A DNA stretch of 64,000 bases from an uncultured virus (IMG/VR IMGVR_UViG_3300002835_015924) (lineage: Duplodnaviria > Heunggongvirae > Uroviricota > Caudoviricetes). The stretch lies in the IMG/VR virus record IMGVR_UViG_3300002835_015924; one strand, 5' to 3'. Shown here in pieces: positions 43,823 to 53,900 of the stretch. Position 1 is the first letter of the stretch, and each line of letters opens with the position of its first letter. Below the pieces are notes generated by a model, which was given only the letters and a program-made list of their open reading frames with translations, was not told the DNA's origin and did no database searches. Position numbers and translations under genes: made by a program.

Positions 43823-44878
43823 ATGCCAACTTACCCAACTAACTATTATGGGCCAGGTTTAACAACCTCTTATAATAATGATTATACTCGTAGACTACAA
43901 ACGCGAGATCTCGTTGCCTTCAGGCAATCACAGAGATTCGCTGGACAATGGATGGAGCCTAAAGGCGTTACACTTCCATATGAGGGCACTATTCAAGACG
44001 CTACTGGCGCTTTGTATATGTTGCTTAATGAACTTAACTTGATTTCGCCACTGATTCCTGATCTTGGGGAAGCTGTTCTTTTATCTTCAGTAGGTGTTGC
44101 CACTAACATTCTTACTGGGCCAAACGGTGTAGCAGTTTCCTATATTGGTGGTGTGACCACTTCTACAGGCCCTTCCAATACTGCTACAAGAATTGATGGC
44201 GTGGGTCTATCAACAAACCTTCGAGTGCTTTATTATGGCTTGACCACAAGTAGTATGAACGGAGTCTACTCAGTAACAAACGTAGCAGGTAATTTTGTGT
44301 TGAACAGATCTGCAGACTTGACTTATTGGTGGCAGTTTGCTAAGCCAAAAGCGTTTCTAGCTACTGCTGGAACAAACAATGCTGCTAAAGTTTTCTCGCT
44401 TCAATCTGATGCAAGAGAAATTGGCAATGATTTCACTATTGCCCTTGGCACTAGTGTTGCAACCCCAGCTTTAGCTGCGTTCTCAACGACAGGTACTCCA
44501 ATAGTTATGAGTATAACTGATTTCAGCCCAATCAACAACTCAGGCATTAATGCTTCTGTTCTTGGTGCAGCTGGTGCAGGTAATACTTCATTGATCTTCC
44601 CTGCGTTCAATCCTAATCTCAACCAAAACACTGGTGAGTACGACTTCTTGCAACAAGCTTCTGAGCAAAAGTTCATGTATATCAAGAACAGAGCTCGAAG
44701 GCTTGCTTATCAAATCTTCAAGATGCGAGAAAACTACACTCCATTTGTTTCTTCTTACCAAACAGACGTGGTTACGCAAATTGGTGCTGGAAATACACAA
44801 TACAACATTGGTCTTTCTACACTCAACAACTTGCCACCACAGTCGCGCTATCCTAGCTCGTTTAACCGAGGTTTCTAA
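43823..44878 (+). CDS. Putative abundant virion protein (decoration/fibre-like)
   Basis: SD aaggag; RIDGVGLSTNLRVL..NGVYSV..VLNRSAD tail-type motif; more C-ending codons than neighbours; followed by a strong terminator. Confidence 0.65.
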   Translation: MPTYPTNYYGPGLTTSYNNDYTRRLQTRDLVAFRQSQRFAGQWMEPKGVTLPYEGTIQDATGALYMLLNELNLISPLIPDLGEAVLLSSVGVATNILTGPNGVAVSYIGGVTTSTGPSNTATRIDGVGLSTNLRVLYYGLTTSSMNGVYSVTNVAGNFVLNRSADLTYWWQFAKPKAFLATAGTNNAAKVFSLQSDAREIGNDFTIALGTSVATPALAAFSTTGTPIVMSITDFSPINNSGINASVLGAAGAGNTSLIFPAFNPNLNQNTGEYDFLQQASEQKFMYIKNRARRLAYQIFKMRENYTPFVSSYQTDVVTQIGAGNTQYNIGLSTLNNLPPQSRYPSSFNRGF

Positions 44879-44898
44879 TTACAGGAAAGCATTAGTCG

Positions 44899-44928
44899 AA
44901 AAAAGAGGAGCTTTTGCTCCTCTTTTTT
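44899..44928. terminator. Bidirectional intrinsic terminator
   Basis: aaaaaa-gaggagc-tttt-gctcctc-tttttt between convergent genes. Confidence 0.85.
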
Positions 44929-44971
44929 GTGTTATAACATATTATTTTGGTTTGAATTAATAAAATTGTAT

Positions 44972-45856
44972 CTATTTATCCACTTTGAATGAGCCTAAAT
45001 CAATTGGAGGTAAAACTAGATCAACTGTATCATTTGCAGAAAGTGTTGCAAACACCCAATTATTGTCAGTGTTGCTATAACCTAAAACTTTTAGTCCAGC
45101 TTGTAAAAGCACTCTTTGTGCAAGGTAAAGAGGGGCAGCTAGATAGTTTTCTCTACTCATAAAAAGTTCTACAAGTTCTACTAAATCATTAGTTTTTTGA
45201 ACATTCACGTACATCTCAACATCTTCTCCTGGATCGGGCAAACATTCTAAATCCTGAAAAACCACCCAAACATGAGGCAGGAGCATTGCTCTAGACAAAT
45301 CATTTACAGCATCTTTAGCAAGAGCATACATTTTATTTGAGACTATTGCTACACGATCATCTTGGTCAATATATTCCTTTAGTTCTCTGATATCTTTTTC
45401 TAAAAGTTTTTTATAATTCTGTAGCATTTCATTGATTTTTAAATTACAAAATTCAATTTCTTTATTTTCAGCGGCACTTGAAAGTTGATAAAAAATTTCC
45501 ATTTCTTCAATCATAGATTCTAGCCATTTATCACATTCATCATAATCAGCCATAAAAAACTCTGTGTAATAAGTTTTAGGGCAGGTTATTCCACATTTAT
45601 CTTCTTGGAGTTCTATGTTGAAAAAACCATATATGGGGCTTTCTAAGTTTACATAAATTTTACACATTACGTTGCCATCTCCATCAAACATTTCAGTAGG
45701 GATAATTTGGAAAGGCATGGTTTTTTTCAAATCGATTAAGCCATTGTCTAAGATTTTTCTAGAAAAATCTTGAGCCTGCATAACAATGCTCATGTTGTTA
45801 GCAATAAAACTTTCGATAATTTTCACTAGTCCAGTGGTTTCTAAATCATTGTTCAT
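44972..45856 (-). CDS. Hypothetical acidic protein
   Basis: 294-aa ORF with GTACAA-N8-ATG upstream. Confidence 0.65.
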   Translation of the reverse strand: MNNDLETTGLVKIIESFIANNMSIVMQAQDFSRKILDNGLIDLKKTMPFQIIPTEMFDGDGNVMCKIYVNLESPIYGFFNIELQEDKCGITCPKTYYTEFFMADYDECDKWLESMIEEMEIFYQLSSAAENKEIEFCNLKINEMLQNYKKLLEKDIRELKEYIDQDDRVAIVSNKMYALAKDAVNDLSRAMLLPHVWVVFQDLECLPDPGEDVEMYVNVQKTNDLVELVELFMSRENYLAAPLYLAQRVLLQAGLKVLGYSNTDNNWVFATLSANDTVDLVLPPIDLGSFKVDK

Positions 45857-45864
45857 ATCATCAA

Positions 45865-45872
45865 TTGTACAA
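45865..45872. promoter_or_regulatory. Palindromic TTGTACAA serving divergent genes
   Basis: In a 22-bp gap, 8 nt from ATG 45856(-) and 6 nt from ATG 45879(+). Confidence 0.7.
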
Positions 45873-45878
45873 ATAAGT

Positions 45879-46709
45879 ATGAATAAAAAGCCACTTTCAT
45901 TTGAATCTGATGCATATCATTATAACGATTCTTTATTGAAAGTTTTTAGAATACACCCAGACGGTTGCAGAATACACAAAACAGAAAAAACCTTACAAGG
46001 CAAAGCTAATAAAGATGCTTTAGTGTGGTGTGGCCCTTACACTATTGCTAACTCGCTTGGATGGTGGATTTTCCCTGGATTTGATATGAACATTACATGT
46101 CTGTCACACAAAACAGAAAATTGCTACACTGGCAGATGGGGAGGTAACTACGAATTTTCTGTAAAAAGTTATGATAATTCTGATTATGTAATCATGGAAG
46201 AATTTGAAAAAAACATTGACAAAAAATACTCACAAAACTATTCAGGAAAACAGCATTATGGAATAGATGAACCAGAAATAAATTGTGTAAGCTTATGGAC
46301 TGGGTGCGTTTTTCAAATGCCTAAAGATTGGTGTGTGTTAATTAAATCTCCTTCCAACACTGGATTAGTCTACGATTTGGGTTCTCCGGTTACAGTTCAA
46401 GAAGGTGTGCTTGAATTAGATTGGATGAGATACGATATCTGGGTGAACCTTAAATTTCATACCTTTGACAAGGAATTGGTGTTAAGAAAAGACCAAGATT
46501 GGCCTATAGCTCAAATAATTCCAATCCATCGTTCTAGTTTTGAAAATAATTGGGAGAAAGAGGAACGAGTAATGAATTACAATGACCCTGAATGTGTTAA
46601 AATGTACGAAAGATACTCTGAGTACAATTATAAAAAATGGATTATTAATGGGGAAAAAGACCCATTCACTTTCAAGAAGTTGAAAAAATCTGAAATGATG
46701 AAAAAATAA
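45879..46709 (+). CDS. DUF6065-like protein
   Basis: CGPYTIANSLGWWI, WTGCVFQMPKDW, EGVLELDW, PIAQIIPI; start moved to 45879 to avoid overlap and fit the upstream motif. Confidence 0.6.
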   Translation: MNKKPLSFESDAYHYNDSLLKVFRIHPDGCRIHKTEKTLQGKANKDALVWCGPYTIANSLGWWIFPGFDMNITCLSHKTENCYTGRWGGNYEFSVKSYDNSDYVIMEEFEKNIDKKYSQNYSGKQHYGIDEPEINCVSLWTGCVFQMPKDWCVLIKSPSNTGLVYDLGSPVTVQEGVLELDWMRYDIWVNLKFHTFDKELVLRKDQDWPIAQIIPIHRSSFENNWEKEERVMNYNDPECVKMYERYSEYNYKKWIINGEKDPFTFKKLKKSEMMKK

Positions 46710-46717
46710 TACAAAAA

Positions 46718-47005
46718 TTATTCTTTAATAATTTCAGATTCAACATGAATATTTTTTAAAGCATTGGCTATTTTTTCGCAATGTGTTTTGCTTCCTGTGT
46801 ACACTGCATTTTTTCCAAAAATATGTATGGCATATGTGCAATCGAAAGCCTGTTGGTCAGACAGCGGCACCACTGTTTTCAACACATAAAAAACCACATC
46901 AAAAGGTGTGACATTATTATCGAATGCAATGATGGTATGATTGTCTTCTAGTGAATTAATATCATTTAATATTGATTCAGATATTTGTATAGTTGTGGAT
47001 TCCAT
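46718..47005 (-). CDS. clpS: ClpS-like Clp protease adaptor
   Basis: IIAFDNNVTPFDVVFYVL..LSDQQA..IHIFGKNAVYTG..CE; GTATAA-N8-ATG. Confidence 0.8.
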   Translation of the reverse strand: MESTTIQISESILNDINSLEDNHTIIAFDNNVTPFDVVFYVLKTVVPLSDQQAFDCTYAIHIFGKNAVYTGSKTHCEKIANALKNIHVESEIIKE

Positions 47006-47021
47006 CAATTATCTTATACGT

Positions 47022-47660
47022 TTATTTTGCTCTACGTATTTCTGGCCCTGGATCATCCACTATTTCTTCATCAAAATCTTCTTTGAAATTTTCATCAGAC
47101 ATAATTCCTTCTGTTTGCCCTAGCATCAAATCATATGTATCTAATTGATTTTCATAATCTTCTCTTTTTGAAAAATAATAATCAAGAACATTATCTGGAG
47201 AAGATTCTTCATTAGGGCAATCTTTTTTAAAGTCTTTCATCACTACATCTACTAGAAAATCAATAAATGATTCTCTAATTTTGTCAAGATATTTTATTGA
47301 CTCATCTTTGTTTTGTGGAGAATCAGTGGTTTCTTTATTCATCCAAAGAATGTATTCGTGGAAATCAGTGTCTTTGCTCTCAATTTTTTTATCGGGGCAA
47401 TTTTGTTCAAACTTTTCTTCTATAGTTTTAATGTCTTCTTTACTAAGTTTGTTATCGTGGATTTTATTAAAAAATTCACTTGTGTCTACTCCAGCTTTTT
47501 CAAGACATAAGAGTTTAAATGGAATATCAGAATCAATACCTTCAATTGCTTTAAGCTTTTTTGTATTTGCAAGCTCCACTAAATACTTTGTGATAGAATC
47601 CACTTTTTTAAATTCTTTATTTTTTTCCAGTTCTTCAGCGTACTTAATTAAAGATATCAC
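47022..47660 (-). CDS. Hypothetical acidic protein with N-terminal helical tag motif
   Basis: SLIKYAEELEKNKEFKKVDSITKYLVELA; AGG-N19-TAAAT upstream of the GTG start. Confidence 0.65.
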   Translation of the reverse strand: MISLIKYAEELEKNKEFKKVDSITKYLVELANTKKLKAIEGIDSDIPFKLLCLEKAGVDTSEFFNKIHDNKLSKEDIKTIEEKFEQNCPDKKIESKDTDFHEYILWMNKETTDSPQNKDESIKYLDKIRESFIDFLVDVVMKDFKKDCPNEESSPDNVLDYYFSKREDYENQLDTYDLMLGQTEGIMSDENFKEDFDEEIVDDPGPEIRRAK

Positions 47661-47669
47661 AGTAAAGAT

Positions 47670-49055
47670 TTAAGGTAAAGATGATGAAATTCCTATTTTT
47701 TTACATGAAAGATAGTGATTTAAATCTTCTGGTGTTCCTAGTCCCCACATTTCCTCTACTGGAAAGATACCTATTCGCTTTTGGTCTTGTATAGCTTCAT
47801 TAAATACCGGACAAACATAATACTCGTTATTTACTCTAATATTTTTACTAATCATTTGTTCTGCATATTTAACAAAATCTGAGCCCTTATTCCAGTAGTA
47901 TACACCCACTGTTGCAATATTACTTATTGGTTTCTTTTCAGCCACCTCAGTGACTAACCCATTTTCATCCACTTTAGCAAAGCTCCATTTTGGATGCGTA
48001 GAGTTAAAGGTCAACATACATCCATCATATTGTTCTGCTTTTACTTTTTTAATAAAATCATAGACATCCCATTTTACGTATTGGTCTGAATTTGCAAATA
48101 AAATTGGATCGTTGTTATTAATGTAGTCTTTAGCAAGTAATGCGGTGCAAGCAGCGCCCTCTGTCAAGCCATCTGTCAAAATAACTTCAGAATTATTAAT
48201 TAAATTTTTCAGATAAGCTTTTATATTATATTTTTCATCGTGCTCTTTTCTGGCAATAAAAATGAAATTAGCTTCTATGTTAAGGCATTCGCACACTAGC
48301 TGAATCATAGTTTTGCCCTCTATTTCAATTAGGGGCTTGGGAAAAGTATATCCAGCTGTTTCAAATCTTGATCCTGCTCCAGCCATAGGAATTACTACAT
48401 TTAGTTTTGTGTTGGTGTATTTTTGTTTCATGGGTTTATTTTCAATTTTAGAGATTGCTTCTGCAATTTTTTTATAAGTTACTTCTTCCGCGTTGATTAC
48501 TCTTAAAACCTCTGCTCTTGTAGCCAAAGCACCTTCATATCCCACTTTTGAATCTTCGATTATCAAAGTGTTTGATGGGTTACAGTTTAATTCGATCATC
48601 GCTTTCAGATAAATGCTTGCAGAGGGCTTAGGATCATTTACGTCTTCGTTTGACAATATGCAGTCAAAATATTCTATAATTTCAAGTTTAGTCAAAGTGT
48701 TGATTATGGTTTGCTTTATTGCATTTGAGGCGCATGCTAGTTTATAATTTTTTTTTAAAGCACTGAGAAGATTTATCTTAACATCATCCTTTTCAAGATT
48801 TTTATTGATATAATCAAAAGTGAGTCTTTGTTTTGTGTTCCAAATTTCTTCACAAAGTTCATCTGTTAAATGATCTCTTTCTTTAAGTATTTTCAGTTTT
48901 GTGTGAGTGCTTCTTCCATTCAAGTTTATATCGTGTTCTTTTTTGGAAATTGAAACTCCACTGTATTTGAAATAAGCTTGTGAAAAAGTTTGGTAGTGCA
49001 TGTCGGGCGAATCTACCAGCACTCCATCTAAATCAAAAATTATTAATTTAATCAT
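47670..49055 (-). CDS. HAD phosphatase / sugar-phosphate nucleotidyltransferase fusion
   Basis: IFDLDGVLVD, KPS, IEDS (HAD); IPMAGAGSRF..GY..PKPLI, EKK, GLGTPEDL (NTP transferase). Confidence 0.85.
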   Translation of the reverse strand: MIKLIIFDLDGVLVDSPDMHYQTFSQAYFKYSGVSISKKEHDINLNGRSTHTKLKILKERDHLTDELCEEIWNTKQRLTFDYINKNLEKDDVKINLLSALKKNYKLACASNAIKQTIINTLTKLEIIEYFDCILSNEDVNDPKPSASIYLKAMIELNCNPSNTLIIEDSKVGYEGALATRAEVLRVINAEEVTYKKIAEAISKIENKPMKQKYTNTKLNVVIPMAGAGSRFETAGYTFPKPLIEIEGKTMIQLVCECLNIEANFIFIARKEHDEKYNIKAYLKNLINNSEVILTDGLTEGAACTALLAKDYINNNDPILFANSDQYVKWDVYDFIKKVKAEQYDGCMLTFNSTHPKWSFAKVDENGLVTEVAEKKPISNIATVGVYYWNKGSDFVKYAEQMISKNIRVNNEYYVCPVFNEAIQDQKRIGIFPVEEMWGLGTPEDLNHYLSCKKIGISSSLP

Positions 49056-49095
49056 GATTGACTTATACAAAAGTGCGCAGAAAACTCAGGGGTTT

Positions 49096-49890
49096 TTAGC
49101 CCCTGGGCAGTTCACTATCTACAAGCCAAATTGCAGATTTTCCTGAAACAATTTCAAAATTTGGTTTATTAGGTATATCTATATCATTTACATAAAACAA
49201 ATTGGAGTTATGCTGCCTTATCTCTAATCTGTTTTGAGATTTTCCTTTAAATTGTCCATACATATTGTTAAATTTACATGATCCATAAATTGGAAAAAGT
49301 TTTCTATATAAATCCGAATCTAAATTAGCAGTTAATGGATATCCAAAGCTGACATTATTATTTTTAAAAGCCTCTAAACTGAACGCAACTTGAGATGCAT
49401 CCAATATGCTGTCTGGATTCACGTCTTGTGTTATAAATGGACAAGAAAGTTCAGCAATAATTTTTTCTGGGTGAAATGAGTTTTGTATGTATGGGTCATA
49501 TGAAATATAATGAGAGTAACACCATTTTTCGCCATTCTGCAAATACATATTTAGATTATTCAAATAATCTGGCACTAAAGCATCATCATCACATAACATA
49601 ATACCATAGTCAGCATCAGATATTTGGCAACGAATTGTCCAAAATAGACCAAATATACTTCCTCCATTCAGTTTTTTTTCTTCTGTTGTATGTTTTGTGT
49701 TAAAGTAATATACTTTGTCTTTTTCTTCGCTTAATATTTCTTCCACAATATCTTTAGCTGAAAATTCAGAGCCATCATCCACAAAGCAAATTTCCCAATT
49801 TTTATATGATTGTTGTTTTACTGAGTTTAAAGCAAATCTTACTAAGTTAGGACGATTATAATAACACATTAAAATTAAAAACTTATTCAT
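49096..49890 (-). CDS. Glycosyltransferase family 2
   Basis: YYNRP..ALNSV..Q.Y.NWE..FVDDGS, LCDDD. Confidence 0.85.
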   Translation of the reverse strand: MNKFLILMCYYNRPNLVRFALNSVKQQSYKNWEICFVDDGSEFSAKDIVEEILSEEKDKVYYFNTKHTTEEKKLNGGSIFGLFWTIRCQISDADYGIMLCDDDALVPDYLNNLNMYLQNGEKWCYSHYISYDPYIQNSFHPEKIIAELSCPFITQDVNPDSILDASQVAFSLEAFKNNNVSFGYPLTANLDSDLYRKLFPIYGSCKFNNMYGQFKGKSQNRLEIRQHNSNLFYVNDIDIPNKPNFEIVSGKSAIWLVDSELPRG

Positions 49891-50341
49891 AAAATTTCTC
49901 CATTGTAATTGAAGTTCTAAAATTGCCATCAATCAAATATTGACACTCTTTTATTTTTTTAAATCCTAGTTTTTGATATAAATTTAAAGCGACAGTGTTG
50001 TCTATAAAAACTTCTAATGAAAATTTTTCAACATAACAAAAGTTTTCAAAAAGTTGTTCATATGCTGGCTTTGCATATCCTTTGCCTCTGTAATCTGGGT
50101 GCAAATCAGCACCTACTTGTAAAATTTTCTTAGGTTCAAGCCATTTTGTTCTTACATAACCAATATTTTTATCATTTAATAGAATAATAAACCATTCTGG
50201 ATTGCTGTTATTAAACCAAGTTTCAAAACTATTCAAATCAAATTTTCTTGGATCATGAAGCTGCTTTAAAGTAGATTCATGATTTCTCACTTCTAAAATA
50301 AACGCGCCATCTTCTATAGTAGCTTTTCTTAAATTAACCAT
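49883..50341 (-). CDS. GNAT N-acetyltransferase (PseH-like)
   Basis: LHPDYRGKGYA, LEV..DN..ALNLYQKLGF. Confidence 0.85.
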   Translation of the reverse strand: MVNLRKATIEDGAFILEVRNHESTLKQLHDPRKFDLNSFETWFNNSNPEWFIILLNDKNIGYVRTKWLEPKKILQVGADLHPDYRGKGYAKPAYEQLFENFCYVEKFSLEVFIDNTVALNLYQKLGFKKIKECQYLIDGNFRTSITMEKFYE

Positions 50342-51416
50342 TCCAATTATTTATAACAGTAACAATATGTTTCTTTTCTTCTTCAGTAAGCCACCATCCC
50401 ACTGGAATGCTGAGTTGATTCGCTGAGAAATAGTCTGTTCCGGGAAGATCCATTTCAAAATCTTTAAAAACTTCATGTTTATCATTTCTGCTGTGAACTT
50501 GAGAAGAAGAAATGTTATTCTCTGATAAATATTTAACAAACTCATCTCTTTTTTCTGGAATTAAAATCGTATATAACCACCATTGTGCTTTTTTATTGAA
50601 TCTTGGTTTAAAAATATTTTTATTACTAATATTTTTATCAAAATATTCAGCATTTTTCATGTGTTTCTTTTGGTTTTTAATTGCAAGTTTGATATTAGAT
50701 AAACCAATAGCGGCATCAATATCTGTTGCTTGGTATTTAAAACCAACATATTTTGCGTTTTGAGCACATCGAAAATCTGCACTAGCTTCTCTATCTAAAC
50801 TAAACCATCTTCTAAGCCTAGCTTCCTCATATTTTTCTTGTGGCACTGATAAAAATCCACCATCAGCAGTGGTTAAAAACTTAATTGCTTGTGTGCTCCA
50901 ACAAATATAATCACCACAATTCATAGCGTCAATGAATAAGCAATGAGCCGCATCTTGAATTACAGGGACACCAAAACTTTTAAGAGCGTTGTAGTTGCAA
51001 TATTTTCCCGACCAATCTACAGCTATAATTGCTTTTGTTTTATCAGTGATTTTTGCTTTTACATCTTCCACTGATATCAAGCCTGTTGTCGGATCAATAT
51101 CTGCCCATATAGGTTTGGCAAAATGAGCCAAAATAGGATGGTTTGTTGCTAAACAAGTTTGAGGTGTAGTTATTACCTCGTCTCCTGGCTTCAAATCGCA
51201 TAAAGTTAACGCTAAAGAAATTGCGCTTGTGCAAGAATTCATCATTAAAGGTTTGACTTTCAGTTTATTTAATTCCCAAAATGCATTTTCAAATTCTTTA
51301 ACTAATGGCCCTTCGCCACAGTAAATTACTCCTTGCTCATTGGGTGTAAGCACCTTCTTTATTTTCTTATGTGCATTTTTGCTCATGCCTACTCTGAAAA
51401 GAGGAATATTGTCCAT
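50334..51416 (-). CDS. DegT/DnrJ/EryC1/StrS sugar aminotransferase
   Basis: NSCTSAI.LAL, GDEVIT, ADID, IQDAAH, STQAIK (PLP Lys), DGG, LSIPVGWW. Confidence 0.92.
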   Translation of the reverse strand: MDNIPLFRVGMSKNAHKKIKKVLTPNEQGVIYCGEGPLVKEFENAFWELNKLKVKPLMMNSCTSAISLALTLCDLKPGDEVITTPQTCLATNHPILAHFAKPIWADIDPTTGLISVEDVKAKITDKTKAIIAVDWSGKYCNYNALKSFGVPVIQDAAHCLFIDAMNCGDYICWSTQAIKFLTTADGGFLSVPQEKYEEARLRRWFSLDREASADFRCAQNAKYVGFKYQATDIDAAIGLSNIKLAIKNQKKHMKNAEYFDKNISNKNIFKPRFNKKAQWWLYTILIPEKRDEFVKYLSENNISSSQVHSRNDKHEVFKDFEMDLPGTDYFSANQLSIPVGWWLTEEEKKHIVTVINNWNG

Positions 51417-51438
51417 AGTTTAATTATACAAAATTTCT

Positions 51439-51562
51439 ATGCAAAATGATTTCAGCGTAGAACCAAATATCACTCTTTATGTGCAAGGGGGCTTGGTATA
51501 AACCTAAAAGTAATCAAAGGCCCTTAGAAGATAGAAACATAGAAGACTGGATTGCAATTTAA
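51439..51562 (+). pseudogene. Deletion scar of a GT11 (alpha-1,2-fucosyltransferase-like) gene
   Basis: MQNDFSVEPNITLYVQGGL (GT11-like N-terminus) joined out of frame to WYKPKSNQRPLEDRNIEDWIAI* (GT11-like C-terminus); ATACAA-N7-ATG upstream. Confidence 0.5.
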
Positions 51563-52395
51563 AAAGCTGCACTTTTTAAAAATTTTTCTGGAATTAATTC
51601 AATATTTGAATTAATAAAAGTGTTTTCAATATGTTCTTTCCATCCAATTCTTCCATCATTCAATGTGTGATGTAAAGGCAAAGAGGTATCATATCTATCA
51701 ACTAATCTATCCGCAGTAATTTCATAATCAAATTCCCTTAAGTGAATATTATATAAATCTGGGTGCTCAATCACTGCAGGATATGACCAATGCATTCCAG
51801 CGATATACGAGACATCAGCTTTTCTAACAATTAACATTTTTGATTCGCCTCCCCCAATTACACTTCCGTTTTTGTACCAATAGTTTCTTTGCCCTATAAT
51901 TGGCTTATTCATGTCTATTTGCGGCTCATTTCCTACAAAGTTTATAACATTGTATCCTTGCACACGAAAATACATATCATTGTTTTTCTCCAAAAAATCT
52001 TTTAAATTTGTGTATTTAGCGGGATCAGGAACAATGAATTCATCTGAATCAGCAAATACTACCGTTTGATAGCTTTTTAATAATTCATATTGCAATTGCA
52101 TGACCCTAACTATTATATATGCATTATCTCCATGAGTATCTGAGCCTAATTCATGAAAATTAGCACCATCAAGAATATTCAAATATTCATCTGTTACCAA
52201 TGATCCAATAATATGAAGATTTTCCACTCCAAACAAATCACCATAATACTTTTTCCAAATAGGAGAAAAAAACTTTTCCCTTCCAAAAATTCCAAGAACT
52301 GCCACTGGTTTTTTGTTTTTATTTTCTTCAAGTTCGTGAGTGGGAGCATAAGTGCATAACCATTCTTTTGGGCACCCTAATTCACAATATTGCAT
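51559..52395 (-). CDS. GT-A fold glycosyltransferase (GT2-like)
   Basis: IWKKYYG..FG.ENL, VFADSDEFIVPDP; paralog of 60035..60799. Confidence 0.7.
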   Translation of the reverse strand: MQYCELGCPKEWLCTYAPTHELEENKNKKPVAVLGIFGREKFFSPIWKKYYGDLFGVENLHIIGSLVTDEYLNILDGANFHELGSDTHGDNAYIIVRVMQLQYELLKSYQTVVFADSDEFIVPDPAKYTNLKDFLEKNNDMYFRVQGYNVINFVGNEPQIDMNKPIIGQRNYWYKNGSVIGGGESKMLIVRKADVSYIAGMHWSYPAVIEHPDLYNIHLREFDYEITADRLVDRYDTSLPLHHTLNDGRIGWKEHIENTFINSNIELIPEKFLKSAAF

Positions 52396-53252
52396 TAAAA
52401 TCTCTCCTTTGAATCTATTTGTCTTCTCATCGTGTATATATCAGAGTTTGCAAATTCGTCTTTCAGATCAATGTCAAAATTCTTCCAATCATCCCATATT
52501 GCGCTAATCAGTTTACCTGTAAAGAATTCAGATTTTTCTGAAATCAAATAAGCACATAAATCCGCTGGAATGTTCATATCCACTCCTCCATTTTGTTTCT
52601 GTTCCATACGTTTTTTGTAAATCGCTTCTCCTACAATTGATGGATCTCGACTTAATACATCTTCAAGAAAAAATGTATTCATTGGCCCAGGAGCAATCGA
52701 ATTAACGAAAATATTATATGATTCATTTTCAGCTGCAAGCACTTCTGTTAATTTAACTACTGCAGCCTTAGAAGTAGAATACGCTGAAAAGCGTGGCAAC
52801 GGTTTTTCTCCAGAACCTGACAAGTTAACTATTTTTCCATAATTATTTGCTTGCATATGTGGTAACACACTTTTACAGCCAATAAAAGTAGACATCAAGT
52901 TATTTTGTATTGCTTTGAACCACTCCGAAGAATCTACTGTTTCTGTAGATCCAATTGGGCCGTGTATAGCAGCATTGTTAATTAAACCTGTAATTGCTCC
53001 AAATTTATCAATAGTATTAGCAACACAATCTTGGAAATCAGACTCCACTGCACAATTTCCCTCATAAAGATATAGCTTTTGATTAAGTTCTGTATTAAAT
53101 ATTTCTGGATTTTTTTCAACAAAATCCTTACAGTTCCTTCCAAAAATGCATACATTTGCGCCATACTCAAGAAATTTAGCGGCGGTTAATTTTCCGAGAC
53201 CAGTGGTTGCACCAGTTATGATTACTGTGTGTTTACTCAAATCGTATTGCAA
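52395..53252 (-). CDS. Short-chain dehydrogenase/reductase
   Basis: ITGATTGLG, NNAA, YSTSK, NSIAPG. Confidence 0.9.
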   Translation of the reverse strand: MQYDLSKHTVIITGATTGLGKLTAAKFLEYGANVCIFGRNCKDFVEKNPEIFNTELNQKLYLYEGNCAVESDFQDCVANTIDKFGAITGLINNAAIHGPIGSTETVDSSEWFKAIQNNLMSTFIGCKSVLPHMQANNYGKIVNLSGSGEKPLPRFSAYSTSKAAVVKLTEVLAAENESYNIFVNSIAPGPMNTFFLEDVLSRDPSIVGEAIYKKRMEQKQNGGVDMNIPADLCAYLISEKSEFFTGKLISAIWDDWKNFDIDLKDEFANSDIYTMRRQIDSKERF

Positions 53253-53900
53253 TTATTTTTTCCTCATACAAATAGAAAAATTATTGTAGCCCAGTTCTCT
53301 AAGATAACTATTAAATGGATAATCTAAAATTTCAAATTTCTTTGAAAGAAAATCATGCCACCACTCTTTTGGCTTGACAGTTCTGTGTAAATCAACCTTG
53401 TGCACTGGGTCGTAGCAAGTTACAAGAGATATTGACCCTATAAAAACTCCCTTATCAGACAAATGTTTGTGAATTTGCTCGAAAAACATTTCTAAATCAG
53501 TTTCTTCAATATGCTCTATTACTTCCCAAGCTGAAATTAAATCAAACTTGATCATTTCATTAGTTTCAGTGTCAACAATTGAGTAATCTTTTGTTGCATT
53601 TGCATGAAATAAATATTTACCTTTGTAAGCCTGCCAGTTATGATAACCGTGTGCTTTTTCATCAGTGGATACTGAGCTTGATCCCTCAATTCCCACAGCT
53701 GTGCAGCCAATCGAATTACAATCAATAATAAATTGTCCGCCAGCACAACCAATATCTAATACTTTTGGATTGTCTCCATAGGTTTTCATGATTTCTTGAA
53801 TAAGTTCATGTGAAGAATGATTGTCATTTACAGCTCCACATGGAAATTGGTGATCAAATGACTCGTGAGCTACTTCGTGCTGTGTAATTACTTTTACCAT
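53253..53900 (-). CDS. Class I SAM-dependent methyltransferase
   Basis: VLDIGCAGG, FDLISAWEVIEHI; start set by GTACAA-N7-ATG. Confidence 0.85.
   Translation of the reverse strand: MVKVITQHEVAHESFDHQFPCGAVNDNHSSHELIQEIMKTYGDNPKVLDIGCAGGQFIIDCNSIGCTAVGIEGSSSVSTDEKAHGYHNWQAYKGKYLFHANATKDYSIVDTETNEMIKFDLISAWEVIEHIEETDLEMFFEQIHKHLSDKGVFIGSISLVTCYDPVHKVDLHRTVKPKEWWHDFLSKKFEILDYPFNSYLRELGYNNFSICMRKK

Noticed and set aside
45786..45878. Extended N-termini for the DUF6065-like ORF (also 61783..61875, 11516..11578, 30180..30236, 42215..42274)
   Set aside because: The extensions overlap neighbouring genes; downstream ATGs fit the motif, an SD or stop-start coupling.
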